A model generated the notes under the pieces. That model ran no database searches. It saw nothing but the letters and a program-made list of their open reading frames with translations, and had not been told where the DNA came from. This document shows positions 50,085-61,547 of a stretch of DNA of 64,000 nt, piece by piece. Numbering within the stretch: the stretch's first letter is position 1; each line of letters starts with the position of its first letter. Location of the stretch: NCBI GenBank assembly GCA_026416665.1, contig JAOAET010000051.1, positions 11,800 through 75,799 on the forward strand. The letters are read 5' to 3'. This DNA comes from Candidatus Omnitrophota bacterium (GTDB lineage: Bacteria; Omnitrophota; Gorgyraeia; Gygaellales; Profunditerraquicolaceae). The translations under genes were made by a program, and so were the position numbers.

Positions 50085-50858
50085 TTATCTGAACTGTTCC
50101 ACAGTTTCGGTTATGGGACCTTCTGAAAGGCCATTAATAAACTGATATACAATAGGATGTTCTGTGTTCTGTATCTCTTGGGGAGTGCCTTCAGCAATAA
50201 TCTGTCCTTGATAGAGCATAGCAATACGGTCAGCAATCTTATAGGCACTCTTCATATCGTGAGTTACCACAATAGAGGTGACCTTAAGCTTATCATGCAG
50301 ACCGCGGATAAGTTCATTAATAGAATCAGCGGTAATGGGGTCCATACCCGTTGTAGGTTCATCATATAAGATAATTTCTGGTCTGGTGCAAATTGCTCTG
50401 GCTAAAGCAACTCGTTTCTTCATTCCTCCGCTTAGCTCCGAAGGCATTAAACTAGCAATACCTGAAAGCCCCACTAATGATAAAGCCTCTTCCACCCGTT
50501 CGTATAAAGCATCACCCGACATATTTTCGTGCTCAATCAACTCAAAACCAACATTTTCTCCAACAGTCAAAGAATCAAAAAGTGCTCCCCCTTGAAAAAC
50601 CATATTAATCTTCTTATGAAATTCTTGTGCTTCTTTTCGAGTTAACTGCCAGATATCTTTACCATATACAAAAACATTACCACTATCCGGACGAATAAGT
50701 CGGATAATATGTTTAAGCATAACACTTTTACCACAGCCGGAACGACCTATAACTACTAAGGTTGAACCGCGCTTAACTTTCAAGTTACAGCCGCGTAATA
50801 CCTTTTGAGAATTAAAAGATTTATAGACGTTACGTAGCTCTATGATATAATCTTCCAT
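50085..50858 (-). CDS. mlaF: MlaF-type ABC ATPase
   Basis: GRSGCGKS, LSGGMKKRV, YDEPT. Confidence 0.9.
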   Translation of the reverse strand: MEDYIIELRNVYKSFNSQKVLRGCNLKVKRGSTLVVIGRSGCGKSVMLKHIIRLIRPDSGNVFVYGKDIWQLTRKEAQEFHKKINMVFQGGALFDSLTVGENVGFELIEHENMSGDALYERVEEALSLVGLSGIASLMPSELSGGMKKRVALARAICTRPEIILYDEPTTGMDPITADSINELIRGLHDKLKVTSIVVTHDMKSAYKIADRIAMLYQGQIIAEGTPQEIQNTEHPIVYQFINGLSEGPITETVEQFR

Positions 50859-50864
50859 TTGATT

Positions 50865-51650
50865 TTATGGAAATATAAAATAAAACAATGCGGTAAAGAA
50901 ACAATCGCACATAATTATAAGAATAAATGAGGTAACCACTGAACGGGTAGTTGCTTTACCTACTCCCTCTGCTCCCCCTTCTACATTGAATGCCTCGTAG
51001 CAAGACACAAGTGCAATAATCATTCCAAAAAAAATAGTCTTTGCCAATCCTGTAAACAAATCCTTAAAAAGTAGTGAATCAAAGGTGATATTTAAATAAA
51101 GCCGTGAGGAAATTCCTAGTTTCAACACACAGATTGCCCACCCTCCAAAAATTCCAACAATATCTGCATAGAGGGTCAAAACAGGCAATACAAAAGCTAA
51201 GGCTACAAGTCGCGGCACAACCAAATATTTTATAGGATTTGCTGCCAATGTCTCCAATGCATCTATCTGTTCAGTTACTTGCATTGAACCTAACTCTGCA
51301 GTAATTGCTGCTCCTACACGACCGGCAACCACTAAAGCAGTAATTACAGGCCCCAACTCACGGACAATGGAAAGAGCAACAATACTGGCAATATACATCT
51401 CAGAGCCAAAACGAATCATTAGATACGATATCTGAAATGCCATAATTACGCCAATAAAAAAGGCAATTAAAGACACAAGTGGTAAACTTTCTACACCTGC
51501 CTTATGCATCTGCTCAAATATTCTACGCCTTGAGTAAGGGGGAACAAAAATCCAAATAATACTCTGAAAAGTAAGGTTAGTTAATCCACCCAAAAAATAT
51601 ATAAATTGCTGAAATTGACTGAATAAGTCATTTTTAACTTTTCTAAACAT
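50865..51650 (-). CDS. mlaE: MlaE-type permease
   Basis: RELGPV, ELGSM..TEQIDAL, GVGKATT. Confidence 0.93.
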   Translation of the reverse strand: MFRKVKNDLFSQFQQFIYFLGGLTNLTFQSIIWIFVPPYSRRRIFEQMHKAGVESLPLVSLIAFFIGVIMAFQISYLMIRFGSEMYIASIVALSIVRELGPVITALVVAGRVGAAITAELGSMQVTEQIDALETLAANPIKYLVVPRLVALAFVLPVLTLYADIVGIFGGWAICVLKLGISSRLYLNITFDSLLFKDLFTGLAKTIFFGMIIALVSCYEAFNVEGGAEGVGKATTRSVVTSFILIIMCDCFFTALFYFIFP

Positions 51651-51654
51651 AGGC

Positions 51655-54066
51655 TTATTCGAAAGCTAATTCTTGGTTTTTCCTTACTACAGTTACAGTT
51701 TGACCTTCCGTAAATTTCTTAGCAATAATCTCCGAAGCCAAGGGATCCTCTAAGAAACGTTGAATAGTGCGTTTAAGTGGACGTGCGCCAAAAACAGGGT
51801 CAAAACCTTTTTCAATTAAAAACTCCTTTGCCTCAGCCGTAACATTTAGTGTAATTGCCTGTTCTTTAAGACGTTCAGCAACATGGGCGATTTCAATATC
51901 TACAATTTTCACCAAATCCTCTTTTACTAGAGGCCTAAACACAATAATATCATCAATACGATTGAGGAACTCAGGCTTAAAAGTGCGTTTTACCTCTTCT
52001 AATAACTTTTCTTTCATTTCTTGGTAAGTAATATCCTCTTTCTGTGCACGAAATCCAATGGAAGTAGCTTTACGGATTAACTCTGCTCCTACATTAGAAG
52101 TCATAATCACTACCGTGTTTCTAAAATCCACTTTTCTTGCGAAGCTATCAGTAAGGCGTCCTTCCTCAAATACCTGTAAAAGTAAATTAAACACATCAGG
52201 ATGTGCCTTCTCTATTTCATCTAAAAGTATCACAGAATAAGGTTTCCTACGCACTTTTTCAGTTAACTGCCCTCCCTCTTCATAACCTACATATCCAGGA
52301 GGTGCACCAATAAGACGAGAAACATTAAATTTCTCCATATACTCAGACATGTCTAACTGAATGATGGCATCTTCCTGACCAAAAAGATACTCTGCAAGGG
52401 CACGCGCAAGTAAAGTCTTTCCCACACCAGTTGGACCTAGAAAAATAAACGAGCCAATTGGTCGACGAGGATCCTTAATACCTGCTCGTGAACGCCTAAT
52501 TGCTGAGGCTATGGCCGAAATTGCTTCATCTTGCCCCACTACTTTTTTATGTAACTCGTCTTCTATCTTAAGCAGTTTCTCACCCTCTTTTTGTTCTAAA
52601 CGAAAAAGGGGAATTCCTGTCCATTGTGAAACAATTCGAGCAATATCTTCCTCTCCTACTTGTGGCCTTATCTTATCCTTAGTCTGTGCCCATTGACGAT
52701 TAAGTTTCTCTAGTTCTTCACGCGCCTGCCGCTCTTGGTCACGTAAGGCTGCAGCCTTTTCAAAATCTTGTGCCTTTATATGCATTTCTTTTTCTTTACG
52801 CAGTGCCTCTACCCTTGCCTCTAATTCCTTAATTTCAGGAGGCACCACTAATACATTTAAACGTGCACGTGAACCTGCTTCATCAATCAAATCAATGGCT
52901 TTATCAGGTAAAAATCTTCCTGAGATATAACGGTCGGATAACTTTGCCGCTGCTACTAATGCCTCTTCAGTAAAGGTAACACGGTGATGACTTTCATACT
53001 TCTCCCTTAGTCCTTTAAGAATTTCAACAGTCTGTTCCACTGTCGGCGGCTCAACCATTATTGTCTGAAATCTCCGCTCAAGAGCTGCATCTTTCTCAAT
53101 ATACTTACGATACTCGTCTAACGTAGTTGCTCCGATACACTGAATTTCACCACGGGATAAAGCAGGTTTAAGAATATTAGAGGCATCTATTGCCCCTTCT
53201 GCAGCACCTGCTCCTACTAAAGTATGCAACTCATCAATAAAAATAATTACATCCTGTGAACGCTTTATCTCCTCCATTACTGCTTTAATACGCTCTTCAA
53301 ATTGTCCGCGGTATTTTGTTCCAGCAATCATCAAAGCAAGGTCTAAAACAATCAGGCGCTTATGTCGCAATATCTCGGGGACATTTCCTGCAACAATTGC
53401 CTGGGCAAGACCTTCTACTATAGCGGTTTTTCCTACACCTGCCTCTCCTAAAAGCACGGGATTATTTTTTGTCCTTCGGCTTAGGATTTGAATAACCCGT
53501 TCAATCTCTGTCTTGCGGTTTATTACTGGGTCAAGCTTATTCTCACGAGCAAGAGCAGTCAAGTCTCTTCCAAAGGCATCTAAAGCAGGGGTTTTAGTTT
53601 TTGCCCCCTGTTGACTAAAAGTCGGCACATCTGAACCTAATACCTCCATTATCTTGTTTCGCACGGTAGTTAAATCTAAACCCAAGTTCAACAATATCTG
53701 CGATGCCACACCTTCTTCTTCGCGAATCAATCCCAGTAATAAATGCTCTGTTCCAATATAGTTGTGCCCTAAAGCACGTGCCTCTTCTGCGGCCAACTCT
53801 AGTGCCTTCTTTGCACGCGGAGTAAAAGGCAAATCTCCGATAATCTGAGTAGCTGGTCCTGGTTGCACTAATTTTTCAATCTCAATACGAATATTCTCTA
53901 ACGATACCCCCATCTTTTCTAAGACCGTAGCAGCCACTCCTTCTCCTTCACGGATAAGCCCTAAAAGTATATGCTCAGTTCCAATATAGTCATGGTTAAA
54001 TCTTTTAGCTTCTTCTTTTGCAAGAATAATTACCTTGCGTGCCCGTTCAGTAAAGCGATTAAACAT
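51655..54066 (-). CDS. clpC: ATP-dependent Clp protease ATPase ClpC
   Basis: Two Clp-N repeats, [11 protein letters not shown] middle domain, [11 protein letters not shown] loop. Confidence 0.97.
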   Translation of the reverse strand: MFNRFTERARKVIILAKEEAKRFNHDYIGTEHILLGLIREGEGVAATVLEKMGVSLENIRIEIEKLVQPGPATQIIGDLPFTPRAKKALELAAEEARALGHNYIGTEHLLLGLIREEEGVASQILLNLGLDLTTVRNKIMEVLGSDVPTFSQQGAKTKTPALDAFGRDLTALARENKLDPVINRKTEIERVIQILSRRTKNNPVLLGEAGVGKTAIVEGLAQAIVAGNVPEILRHKRLIVLDLALMIAGTKYRGQFEERIKAVMEEIKRSQDVIIFIDELHTLVGAGAAEGAIDASNILKPALSRGEIQCIGATTLDEYRKYIEKDAALERRFQTIMVEPPTVEQTVEILKGLREKYESHHRVTFTEEALVAAAKLSDRYISGRFLPDKAIDLIDEAGSRARLNVLVVPPEIKELEARVEALRKEKEMHIKAQDFEKAAALRDQERQAREELEKLNRQWAQTKDKIRPQVGEEDIARIVSQWTGIPLFRLEQKEGEKLLKIEDELHKKVVGQDEAISAIASAIRRSRAGIKDPRRPIGSFIFLGPTGVGKTLLARALAEYLFGQEDAIIQLDMSEYMEKFNVSRLIGAPPGYVGYEEGGQLTEKVRRKPYSVILLDEIEKAHPDVFNLLLQVFEEGRLTDSFARKVDFRNTVVIMTSNVGAELIRKATSIGFRAQKEDITYQEMKEKLLEEVKRTFKPEFLNRIDDIIVFRPLVKEDLVKIVDIEIAHVAERLKEQAITLNVTAEAKEFLIEKGFDPVFGARPLKRTIQRFLEDPLASEIIAKKFTEGQTVTVVRKNQELAFE

Positions 54067-54087
54067 ATTGCCTCCTATAAAGTAGCA

Positions 54088-55143
54088 TCACAGAGCTTTC
54101 TCTAATCTGTTGCGAATAAGCTCTGCGCGTTTTATATCACGTTCGTTTTGGTTTAGTTTTTTGTTCTCCATCTTCTGCAGATGCGCTGGTTGTGTAATAA
54201 TAAAAAGTTCATTGATAATTCGTCTGTTGATGTCTTTAATTATCTCTAAATCTACACCAAGCCGCACCAAAGAGAGTAACTCTGTTGTCTCCTGACTAGA
54301 GATTATTCTTGCGCTCTTTAATATTCCGTAGCTACGGTTAATCTTGTCTTCTAAGAGTGCTCTGTTTTGGGTAAGAAGGAGATTACGAGCCTGATTTTCC
54401 TGCTCAATAATTTGACGTATAAGACCATTTATGTTGTCAATAAGCTCAGTATCATTTCTTCCTAAGGCAATCTGATTAGAAATCTGAAAGAAATTACCCA
54501 TTGCTTGCGTTCCTTCACCGTATAAGCCGCGTGTAGCAAAACTTAATTTTGCAATTGCTGCTAGAACCTGATTAATCTGACGGGTCATTACTAACCCCGG
54601 CAGATGTAGCATCACTGAACCACGCATCCCCGTTCCTGTGTTAGTCGGACAAGCAGTTAAATATCCCCAATCTTCAGAGAATGCAAAAGATAACTCCTCT
54701 GCCAGGCAGTCATCAATACGATTGATTATGTTATAAGCCTCAAAGAGATTAAACCCTGACTGCATAACTTGGATACGCAAATGATCCTCTTCATTTATCA
54801 TAATAGAAACTATCTCTTCGCTATCTATTATCACAGCTTTTGAATCACTTTTTTGTGCATGTTCATAGGACATAAGGTGGCGTTCTACTAAAAACTGTTT
54901 ATCTAAACTGTCCATATCTGCTAATTTAAAAAGAGTGGACTTCTTCAGATAATCAATGTTTTTCATTGCCTCTTCCACCATATCCAAAACTTGTTTTGAC
55001 TGGCGTTTGTTTGCCCAGTGAGGAAAAGGCAACTTCTCAATATTGCGCGCAAAACGCACACGACTGGAGATAACAATATTAGAGTGTGGACCTGTTCCTT
55101 TCAACCACTCACTTGTATGAGATAGAAGGTCATTTAACTGCAT
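54088..55143 (-). CDS. mcsB: Protein arginine kinase
   Basis: SSRVRFARN, NEEDH, CPTN.GTG.R.S. Confidence 0.96.
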   Translation of the reverse strand: MQLNDLLSHTSEWLKGTGPHSNIVISSRVRFARNIEKLPFPHWANKRQSKQVLDMVEEAMKNIDYLKKSTLFKLADMDSLDKQFLVERHLMSYEHAQKSDSKAVIIDSEEIVSIMINEEDHLRIQVMQSGFNLFEAYNIINRIDDCLAEELSFAFSEDWGYLTACPTNTGTGMRGSVMLHLPGLVMTRQINQVLAAIAKLSFATRGLYGEGTQAMGNFFQISNQIALGRNDTELIDNINGLIRQIIEQENQARNLLLTQNRALLEDKINRSYGILKSARIISSQETTELLSLVRLGVDLEIIKDINRRIINELFIITQPAHLQKMENKKLNQNERDIKRAELIRNRLEKAL

Positions 55144-55145
55144 AA

Positions 55146-55661
55146 TTATCCTTCTTGTTTCTTTTCCTTTTCTTGTAATTGCCGAATTTGGTCGCGAATA
55201 ATCGCTGCCTCTTCGTATGCCTCACGTTGAATAGCATCTTGTAGCTTACAACGTAATTGCTGAATATCCATTTTTTTCTTGTTTGCCTTTGTCGCTCCTG
55301 TTTTTGGAGGGCATTTACCGCAATGAATGCTTGAACCGTGTATTCTTTTTAAAAGTGGATACAAAAACTTCTTAAAAGCACTGTAACATTCACTGCAACC
55401 AAGTCGACCAATTTTTTTGAAGTCTTTGTAGCTCATCCCACAGTTAGGACACTTGGCAACATTAGACTCCTTCTCTTCTTGTGGTGGTTTCTCAATATCC
55501 GCAAGCCCTGCTAATAGGTCAGAAAGCCCAAACTGTTGTTCCATCTGTGAGCTTTTTTTACGAGCACACTCTTCACAAAGATGTAACTCACTCATTTGGT
55601 CATCAATAATTTCAGTTAAGTGAACAGTAGCAGTATTTTTTCCACAGACATCACATAACAT
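55146..55661 (-). CDS. mcsA: McsB activator (Zn-finger plus UVR)
   Basis: Four CxxC motifs, GRLGC..CY, EEAAIIRD. Confidence 0.95.
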   Translation of the reverse strand: MLCDVCGKNTATVHLTEIIDDQMSELHLCEECARKKSSQMEQQFGLSDLLAGLADIEKPPQEEKESNVAKCPNCGMSYKDFKKIGRLGCSECYSAFKKFLYPLLKRIHGSSIHCGKCPPKTGATKANKKKMDIQQLRCKLQDAIQREAYEEAAIIRDQIRQLQEKEKKQEG

Positions 55662-55693
55662 AAAAAGTCCTTTTTAAGATAAAATAAGATAAA

Positions 55694-56563
55694 TTAATAG
55701 CGTATCCCATCAGTCTTGGTCCTTTGATGAAACTTACGGATGAGTTTCTGAGTAATTTCTCCTGGCTTACCTGTTCCAATAGAACGGCCGTCAACATTAA
55801 CTACAGGAATAATCTCAGCAGCTGTACCAGTTAAAAAACACTCATCAGCATTATACAATTCATGCCGGGTAATTACATGTTCATGTGTGGGGATACGCAT
55901 CTTCCTGGCAATTTCTAAAACAGTATCGCGGGTAATACCACGTAAAGTCCCCATACACTGGGGTGGTGTATACAACTCTTTATTACGCACAATAAAAATA
56001 TTATCCCCTGTACATTCAGCAACATACCCCAACGAATCAAGCATAATTGCCTCATCGCAACCTGAATTAATTGCCTCTATTTTTGCTAAGATATTATTAA
56101 GATAATTTAAGGACTTTATCTGAGGGTTAAGCGCCTCCGGTAGATTTCTTACCGTCGGAACAGTCACAATACGCAAACCCTCTTGGTAAAATTTTTCTGG
56201 ATAAAGCTTAATGGTATCTGTAATAATAATAATTGTAGCATTTCCTTTACACTTACGCGGGTCAAGTCCTAAGTCTCCTATTCCTCTTGTAACAATTAAA
56301 CGAATATAGGCGTCTTTCAGATTGTTTTTACGTAAAGTAGCAATCACTGCTTTAATCATTTCTTCTTTAGTAAGCGGAATCTCTAACATAATAGTGTGCG
56401 CTGATTCATAAAGTCTATCAATATGCTCTTTTAGTTTAAAGACCAAGCGGTTGTAGGCACGTATTCCTTCAAAAACACCGTCGCCATAAAGTAAACCGTG
56501 GTCAAAAACTGAAATTTTTGCTTGCTCTTTCTTATAGAATTTACCGTTTATATAAACCTTCAT
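55694..56563 (-). CDS. ilvE: Branched-chain amino acid aminotransferase
   Basis: [23 protein letters not shown]. Confidence 0.95.
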   Translation of the reverse strand: MKVYINGKFYKKEQAKISVFDHGLLYGDGVFEGIRAYNRLVFKLKEHIDRLYESAHTIMLEIPLTKEEMIKAVIATLRKNNLKDAYIRLIVTRGIGDLGLDPRKCKGNATIIIITDTIKLYPEKFYQEGLRIVTVPTVRNLPEALNPQIKSLNYLNNILAKIEAINSGCDEAIMLDSLGYVAECTGDNIFIVRNKELYTPPQCMGTLRGITRDTVLEIARKMRIPTHEHVITRHELYNADECFLTGTAAEIIPVVNVDGRSIGTGKPGEITQKLIRKFHQRTKTDGIRY

Positions 56564-56576
56564 TCAACCTCCTTGA

Positions 56577-57245
56577 TTAATTTAGAAGTATGCCATCGCG
56601 TAATTCATAAATAAAATCTGCTTTTTGGGCAATTTGTTCATTGTGGGTAACCAAAATAATTGTCATTCCGTAATCTCTATGAAATTTTTTAAGAAGTAAA
56701 ATTATCTCTTTGCTTGCCTGCGAATCCAAATTCCCTGTTGGCTCGTCACAAAGTAACAGCTGTGGTTTGTTAATTAAAGCTCTGGCAATTGCACAACGTT
56801 GCCTTTCTCCTCCTGAAAGTTGACTAGGGTAGTGATGCAGTCGCTTATCTAACCCTACTTGTTGTAATAAAATTTGCGCCTGTTTTAATATATCTTTTAA
56901 CTTCTCTCTACCTGTTATTAACGCAGGCATAGCTACATTCTCTAAAGCAGTAAATTCAGTTAAAAGATGATAAAACTGGAACACAAACCCAATCTTAAGA
57001 TTACGCAATCTGGCTAGTTCTGTCTCTGACAGTTTATATATATCCTGTCCATCTAAAAAAACATTACCTTCTTCTGGAGAATCTAATCCACCGATAATAT
57101 GTAAAAGCGTAGACTTCCCGGCCCCCGAAGGACCTACTAAGGCATTAAATGACCCCTTCTGAGCTTTCAAATTTACACCTTTTAGAACGTGCAGTTTTTT
57201 ATCACCGCTTAAGTATGATTTATGAACATTATGTATCTCTAACAT
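56577..57245 (-). CDS. lolD: Lipoprotein-releasing ABC ATPase
   Basis: [31 protein letters not shown]. Confidence 0.88.
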   Translation of the reverse strand: MLEIHNVHKSYLSGDKKLHVLKGVNLKAQKGSFNALVGPSGAGKSTLLHIIGGLDSPEEGNVFLDGQDIYKLSETELARLRNLKIGFVFQFYHLLTEFTALENVAMPALITGREKLKDILKQAQILLQQVGLDKRLHHYPSQLSGGERQRCAIARALINKPQLLLCDEPTGNLDSQASKEIILLLKKFHRDYGMTIILVTHNEQIAQKADFIYELRDGILLN

Positions 57246-58436
57246 CTATTCGTAGCGTAATGCCTCCACTGGCGCCAGCCCTGCTGCTTTAAAAGCTGGA
57301 TAAACCGTCGCAAGTAGAGTAATTACTAATGCTGCTAGCACAATTAATACAACATCTGGCCAAAACTGAACTGCAACAGGCATACGGTCAAGATAATAAA
57401 TATCTTGTGGCAACTTGACAAACTGGTATTTCTTCAGTAAACCACAAAGCCCCAAACCGCCGATTAAACCTAAACAGGCACCACTTGCACCAATCAACAA
57501 ACCCTCTAAAGTAAATATTTTAGCAATCTCTTTTTGAGATAACCCCATTGCTTTTAAAATACCTATATCCTTGGTTTTTTCTACCACCATCACTACCAAA
57601 GTACTTGCAATATTAAAGGAAGCCACTAAAACAATTAGCGCTAAAATAACAAACATTGCCATTTTTTCTAATTTCAATGCTGCAAAGAAACTAGCATTTG
57701 CCTCTATCCAGCTTTTAATGTTATAATCAAAACCTATTTTTTGGTAAAGCTTTGGTTTTATCCTCTCGGCAGCAAACATATCATCTAATCTAACTGCAAT
57801 TCCCGTTATGTGCTGACCCATTTCAAGAATCTCTTGGGCAGTAGAATAATGAACAACTAAAAGGTTTAAATCGTAATCGTACATGCCTGAACCAAAGATA
57901 GCCACCACCTTTAACTTGTATTCTTTTCCTGTTGGAGAATAAATCTGCATCTCTGAACCAACTGGTAACCCCATATAATTGGCAAGCTCTTTACCAATAA
58001 TAGCGGTTTTTGGTAATAGTCTTTCTAGAGCACCTTGTTTTATATACTGTTTCAGTTTTGTAACATTTTTTTCTTTCTCAGGGTCAATACCACGAAACTG
58101 CAGTGCCATATAACGTTGGTCGCTTTTTAATAAAACCTGTGCCTGTATAAAAGGTGAAACAGCAGCTACCCCTTTTACAGAAGTTATTTTTTCTTCTAGT
58201 TTATTATATGTCTCCATCCTAATTGGATGAAAACCCACAATATTTATATGTGCGTAATTACCAACTATTTTATCACGCAGGTCACGGTCAAAACCAGTCA
58301 TTACTGCTAAAACTACAAGTAGAGCCATTACTCCTATGGCTACTCCCAAGACAGAAATAATACTAATCAATAAGAGAAATCTTTCTTTGCGCCTGGTTAA
58401 TAAATACCGCAAACTAATCCATAGTATCAAAGGCAT
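57246..58436 (-). CDS. lolE: Lipoprotein-releasing permease LolC/E
   Basis: VM.GF, EK.KDIGIL..MG, YPA..AA...P.EALRYE. Confidence 0.88.
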   Translation of the reverse strand: MPLILWISLRYLLTRRKERFLLLISIISVLGVAIGVMALLVVLAVMTGFDRDLRDKIVGNYAHINIVGFHPIRMETYNKLEEKITSVKGVAAVSPFIQAQVLLKSDQRYMALQFRGIDPEKEKNVTKLKQYIKQGALERLLPKTAIIGKELANYMGLPVGSEMQIYSPTGKEYKLKVVAIFGSGMYDYDLNLLVVHYSTAQEILEMGQHITGIAVRLDDMFAAERIKPKLYQKIGFDYNIKSWIEANASFFAALKLEKMAMFVILALIVLVASFNIASTLVVMVVEKTKDIGILKAMGLSQKEIAKIFTLEGLLIGASGACLGLIGGLGLCGLLKKYQFVKLPQDIYYLDRMPVAVQFWPDVVLIVLAALVITLLATVYPAFKAAGLAPVEALRYE

Positions 58437-58439
58437 AAC

Positions 58440-59894
58440 TTAATTTTTACCTTCTTGAATAGGCCTTAAGAGTGGGAACAAAATTACGTCTCTAATAGAC
58501 GCCTGATTAGTCAAAAGCATAACTAAACGGTCAATACCTATGCCCAGACCACCAGCAGGAGGCATACCATGTTCAAGGGCAATGATATAATCAAGGTCTA
58601 TTGTTTTCTCCTTTGCCTCTGGGTCGTTCTGTAACTCTTCTTCAAACCTGCGTTTTTGCTCAATAGGGTCGTTTAATTCTGAATAGGCATTGGCTACCTC
58701 CATACCTGCCATAAACAATTCAAAACGTTCGGTTAGAAGTGGGTTATCTGGTTTAGTCTTGGCTAAAGGACAAAGCACAGTGTAATAATCCGTCACAAAC
58801 ACAGGGTTTGTTTCCATATCTTTTTCCAGCGTCTCTTCAATTACTTTATTGATTTGGCTGCGCGTTAAACGGTCTTTATCTTGAGCAAAGCCTGCTTTTT
58901 TCAGTTTATCAAGCATCTGAGAATGGCTGTCCTGAGGTTCAATTCCAAACTTAAGCTTGACTAACTGGGCAAAAGAAACTCTTTTCCACGGAGGAGTAAG
59001 GTCTAAGGTTTTCCCCTGATAATTAAATTGCAGTGTCCCAAATATCTGCTGTGCCACACTTACAATCATACTTTCACAAAGATGCATCATACTGTCCATA
59101 GTGGCATAAGCAGCATAAACCTCAAGCATCGTAAACTCTGGATTGTGTTTAATGGATACCCCTTCGTTTCTAAACGAACGATTTATTTCAAAAACACGGT
59201 CAAAACCTCCTACTAGCAACCTCTTTAAATATAATTCAGGGGCTATCCTTAAAAATAAATCTATATCATATTCATTATGGTGTGTCTTAAATGGTCTACC
59301 CGTGGCACCACCAGGTATAGGATGCATCATTGGTGTTTCCACTTCTAAGAATCCTTTCTCTTGTAAATAATTTCTTATTGCGCTGGTAATCTGTGACCTA
59401 AGCATAAAAACATTTTTTACTTCTTCGTTTGCAATTAGGTCAAGATACCTCTGACGGTAGCGCGCCTCTATATCTTTTAGACCGTGCCACTTCTCGGGTA
59501 AAGGCCTTAACGCCTTAGAAAGAACAACAAAGGTTTCAACTTGAATAGTGATTTCTCCGGTGTGAGTTTTAAATAACTGTCCTTCTACACCAATGAAATC
59601 CGCAATTTCTATGTTCTCCAATAGCTTAAATCTCTCTGCACCAATAAAATCCGCTTTAACATAAAGTTGGATTTTACCTGTAGAATCTCGCAGGTCCAAA
59701 AAGATAACCTTACCGTGTAGGCGCTTAGCCATAACCCTACCGCAGGCTTGGACTTTTTTACCCTCTTGGAAATGAGTAATAATTATGCCTATGTCTAAAC
59801 GGTGAGGTAACGGCCGATCAAATACCGCAACTTTTGCTTCTTCAAGTGCTTTACGTTTATTTAGTCGTTGTTGAATAATTTCTTCTAGTTCCAT
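58440..59894 (-). CDS. lysS: Lysine--tRNA ligase (class II)
   Basis: RYRQRYLDL, APELYLK, FRNEG, GMPP.GG.GIGIDR. Confidence 0.98.
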   Translation of the reverse strand: MELEEIIQQRLNKRKALEEAKVAVFDRPLPHRLDIGIIITHFQEGKKVQACGRVMAKRLHGKVIFLDLRDSTGKIQLYVKADFIGAERFKLLENIEIADFIGVEGQLFKTHTGEITIQVETFVVLSKALRPLPEKWHGLKDIEARYRQRYLDLIANEEVKNVFMLRSQITSAIRNYLQEKGFLEVETPMMHPIPGGATGRPFKTHHNEYDIDLFLRIAPELYLKRLLVGGFDRVFEINRSFRNEGVSIKHNPEFTMLEVYAAYATMDSMMHLCESMIVSVAQQIFGTLQFNYQGKTLDLTPPWKRVSFAQLVKLKFGIEPQDSHSQMLDKLKKAGFAQDKDRLTRSQINKVIEETLEKDMETNPVFVTDYYTVLCPLAKTKPDNPLLTERFELFMAGMEVANAYSELNDPIEQKRRFEEELQNDPEAKEKTIDLDYIIALEHGMPPAGGLGIGIDRLVMLLTNQASIRDVILFPLLRPIQEGKN

Positions 59895-59903
59895 AGATGA
59901 TAT

Positions 59904-59932
59904 ATTATAAAGGATATTGGAAAGGGTGTCAA
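59904..59932 (-). promoter_or_regulatory. Consensus sigma70 promoter at head of lysS run
   Basis: TTGACA-17-TATAAT, 9 nt before ATG 59894. Confidence 0.8.
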
Positions 59933-59961
59933 TTGAAGAAAGCTAATGGCTTTACTTAATC

Positions 59962-59990
59962 TTGTCTAAAAAGTTAAAATGCGCTATAAT
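59962..59990 (+). promoter_or_regulatory. sigma70 promoter for divergent gene
   Basis: TTGTCT-17-TATAAT, followed by AAGGAG and GTG 60020. Confidence 0.6.
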
Positions 59991-60019
59991 TAAAAAGTAT
60001 GATTTAAAAGGAGTTTCTA

Positions 60020-60586
60020 GTGTCAAGGAAAAGAGTAATTACTATCTGCCTATTTTTTATCCTGAGCTATTTTAGTTTAGGTTCTTTTTATACCTATCCT
60101 AACCAAACACAAAACAAAAGCAAAGTAAAAGAAAGATTTCTGTGGTTTAGTTTAAAGAAGGATAAAAAAGATGCACCTAATTTATGGCATAACATCAATC
60201 TTTCTCTGGAACAAAAGGCCGCTTTAGATAAACAACGTCAGATTACTCAGCAGAAAAAAGAAAATCTTATCCAGCTGCTTAAAGAAAAATATGAGCAGTT
60301 GAATTTAGAGCTAAAAAATACTAAACTAGACAAAAGAAAGATGCAAGCATTTTCTTCTGATATTAAAAGGATACACGGACAAATAACTGATTTGCGTCTA
60401 CAAATCTTACTTTTTGTTAAAGACACCCTCAACAAAGAGCAATTTTCACTTTTTATGGCTAATTTAGAACGATATTCTCTAACGAATCCCAAGAAAACAA
60501 AAATTTCTCCCTCATCTGGGAAAGAATTCACACCTGCTTTTTGTCTAATACCATTATTGGAACTACCTATAGAAGAATTGCTTTAA
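60020..60586 (+). CDS. Periplasmic helical protein, Spy/CpxP/heavy-metal-sensor-like
   Basis: Signal/TM segment, LSLEQ and LNKEQ (LTxxQ-like) motifs, coiled coil. Confidence 0.6.
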   Translation: MSRKRVITICLFFILSYFSLGSFYTYPNQTQNKSKVKERFLWFSLKKDKKDAPNLWHNINLSLEQKAALDKQRQITQQKKENLIQLLKEKYEQLNLELKNTKLDKRKMQAFSSDIKRIHGQITDLRLQILLFVKDTLNKEQFSLFMANLERYSLTNPKKTKISPSSGKEFTPAFCLIPLLELPIEELL

Positions 60587-60821
60587 AAGTTTTACAACTA
60601 ACCTTACTCTCTCACCACCAAGCAATTACCAATATAAAAATGAACCTCTAATTTTACTAATTACCGAAAAAATTTGCGGGAGTTTTGCACTCTGTTTTTA
60701 GAGAATACACATATCAGATAATCATTGCCCAGAGAAAAAAAGAAGGAAAATTAAGTTTAAGTTAATCTGGGTATAATATTAAAGAGGGACAAAATATTAT
60801 CTTCAATATTAAAATGTTGGA

Positions 60822-61448
60822 CTACTTCTTACCTTCTGCTGATAAATCTTTTTTCTGGAAGAAAAAATTAAATATCTTCTTTACAAACTTAAAGAGCATC
60901 CAAATAAGCAGAATAGTAAAAGCAATTAGAATAAGCACAATAATGGTAGCAATAATGGGATGGCGAGCAACAAAATATAAAATTGCTAATACAAGAGCAT
61001 CTTCACCAGTTGAGGTAGCAATGTTTGACACCGGCTCAGGAGAGGTATTAATTGCTACACGAGCAGTTGCCTTTGCTACATGTGCCTCTAATGCTGCACC
61101 TCCACAAAGTATAGCTACAGGAAGCTGAACCACTGGTCCTACCCCTGCAGTAGCCAGATACCCTAAAGCTGCACCACCTATTGGCCGAATAAAAGTATGG
61201 ATGCTATCCCAGATTGAATCAACATAGGGAATTTTATCTGTAATAAATTCTACTACTGCTAACAAAGTTGCTACTATTATAACCAGAGGATTGGCAAAAA
61301 CAGAACTATCTGCAGGTAAAGTTAACAAATGCATCCTGTGCATTATACCAAGGCCTGCGATAGTAGCATAAAGGCGAATTCCCGAAGCCCAAGAACCGCC
61401 TAATAAAACTGCTAAGATTCCTGCAAAATCCATATCTGCTGTGCTCAC
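60822..61448 (-). CDS. DUF4126 membrane protein
   Basis: ASGIRLY, EF..DKIP..D..WD..HTFIRP, SPEP..N...S..ED. Confidence 0.88.
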   Translation of the reverse strand: MSTADMDFAGILAVLLGGSWASGIRLYATIAGLGIMHRMHLLTLPADSSVFANPLVIIVATLLAVVEFITDKIPYVDSIWDSIHTFIRPIGGAALGYLATAGVGPVVQLPVAILCGGAALEAHVAKATARVAINTSPEPVSNIATSTGEDALVLAILYFVARHPIIATIIVLILIAFTILLIWMLFKFVKKIFNFFFQKKDLSAEGKK

Positions 61449-61547
61449 TTTATGTTACTTTCATCAAAAAATTGTAACTGTTTTAATCTCAGCTTATTAT
61501 TAACCTGGTATGAAAAATACTTTAAAGACTTAATTAGGTGTATGGGT

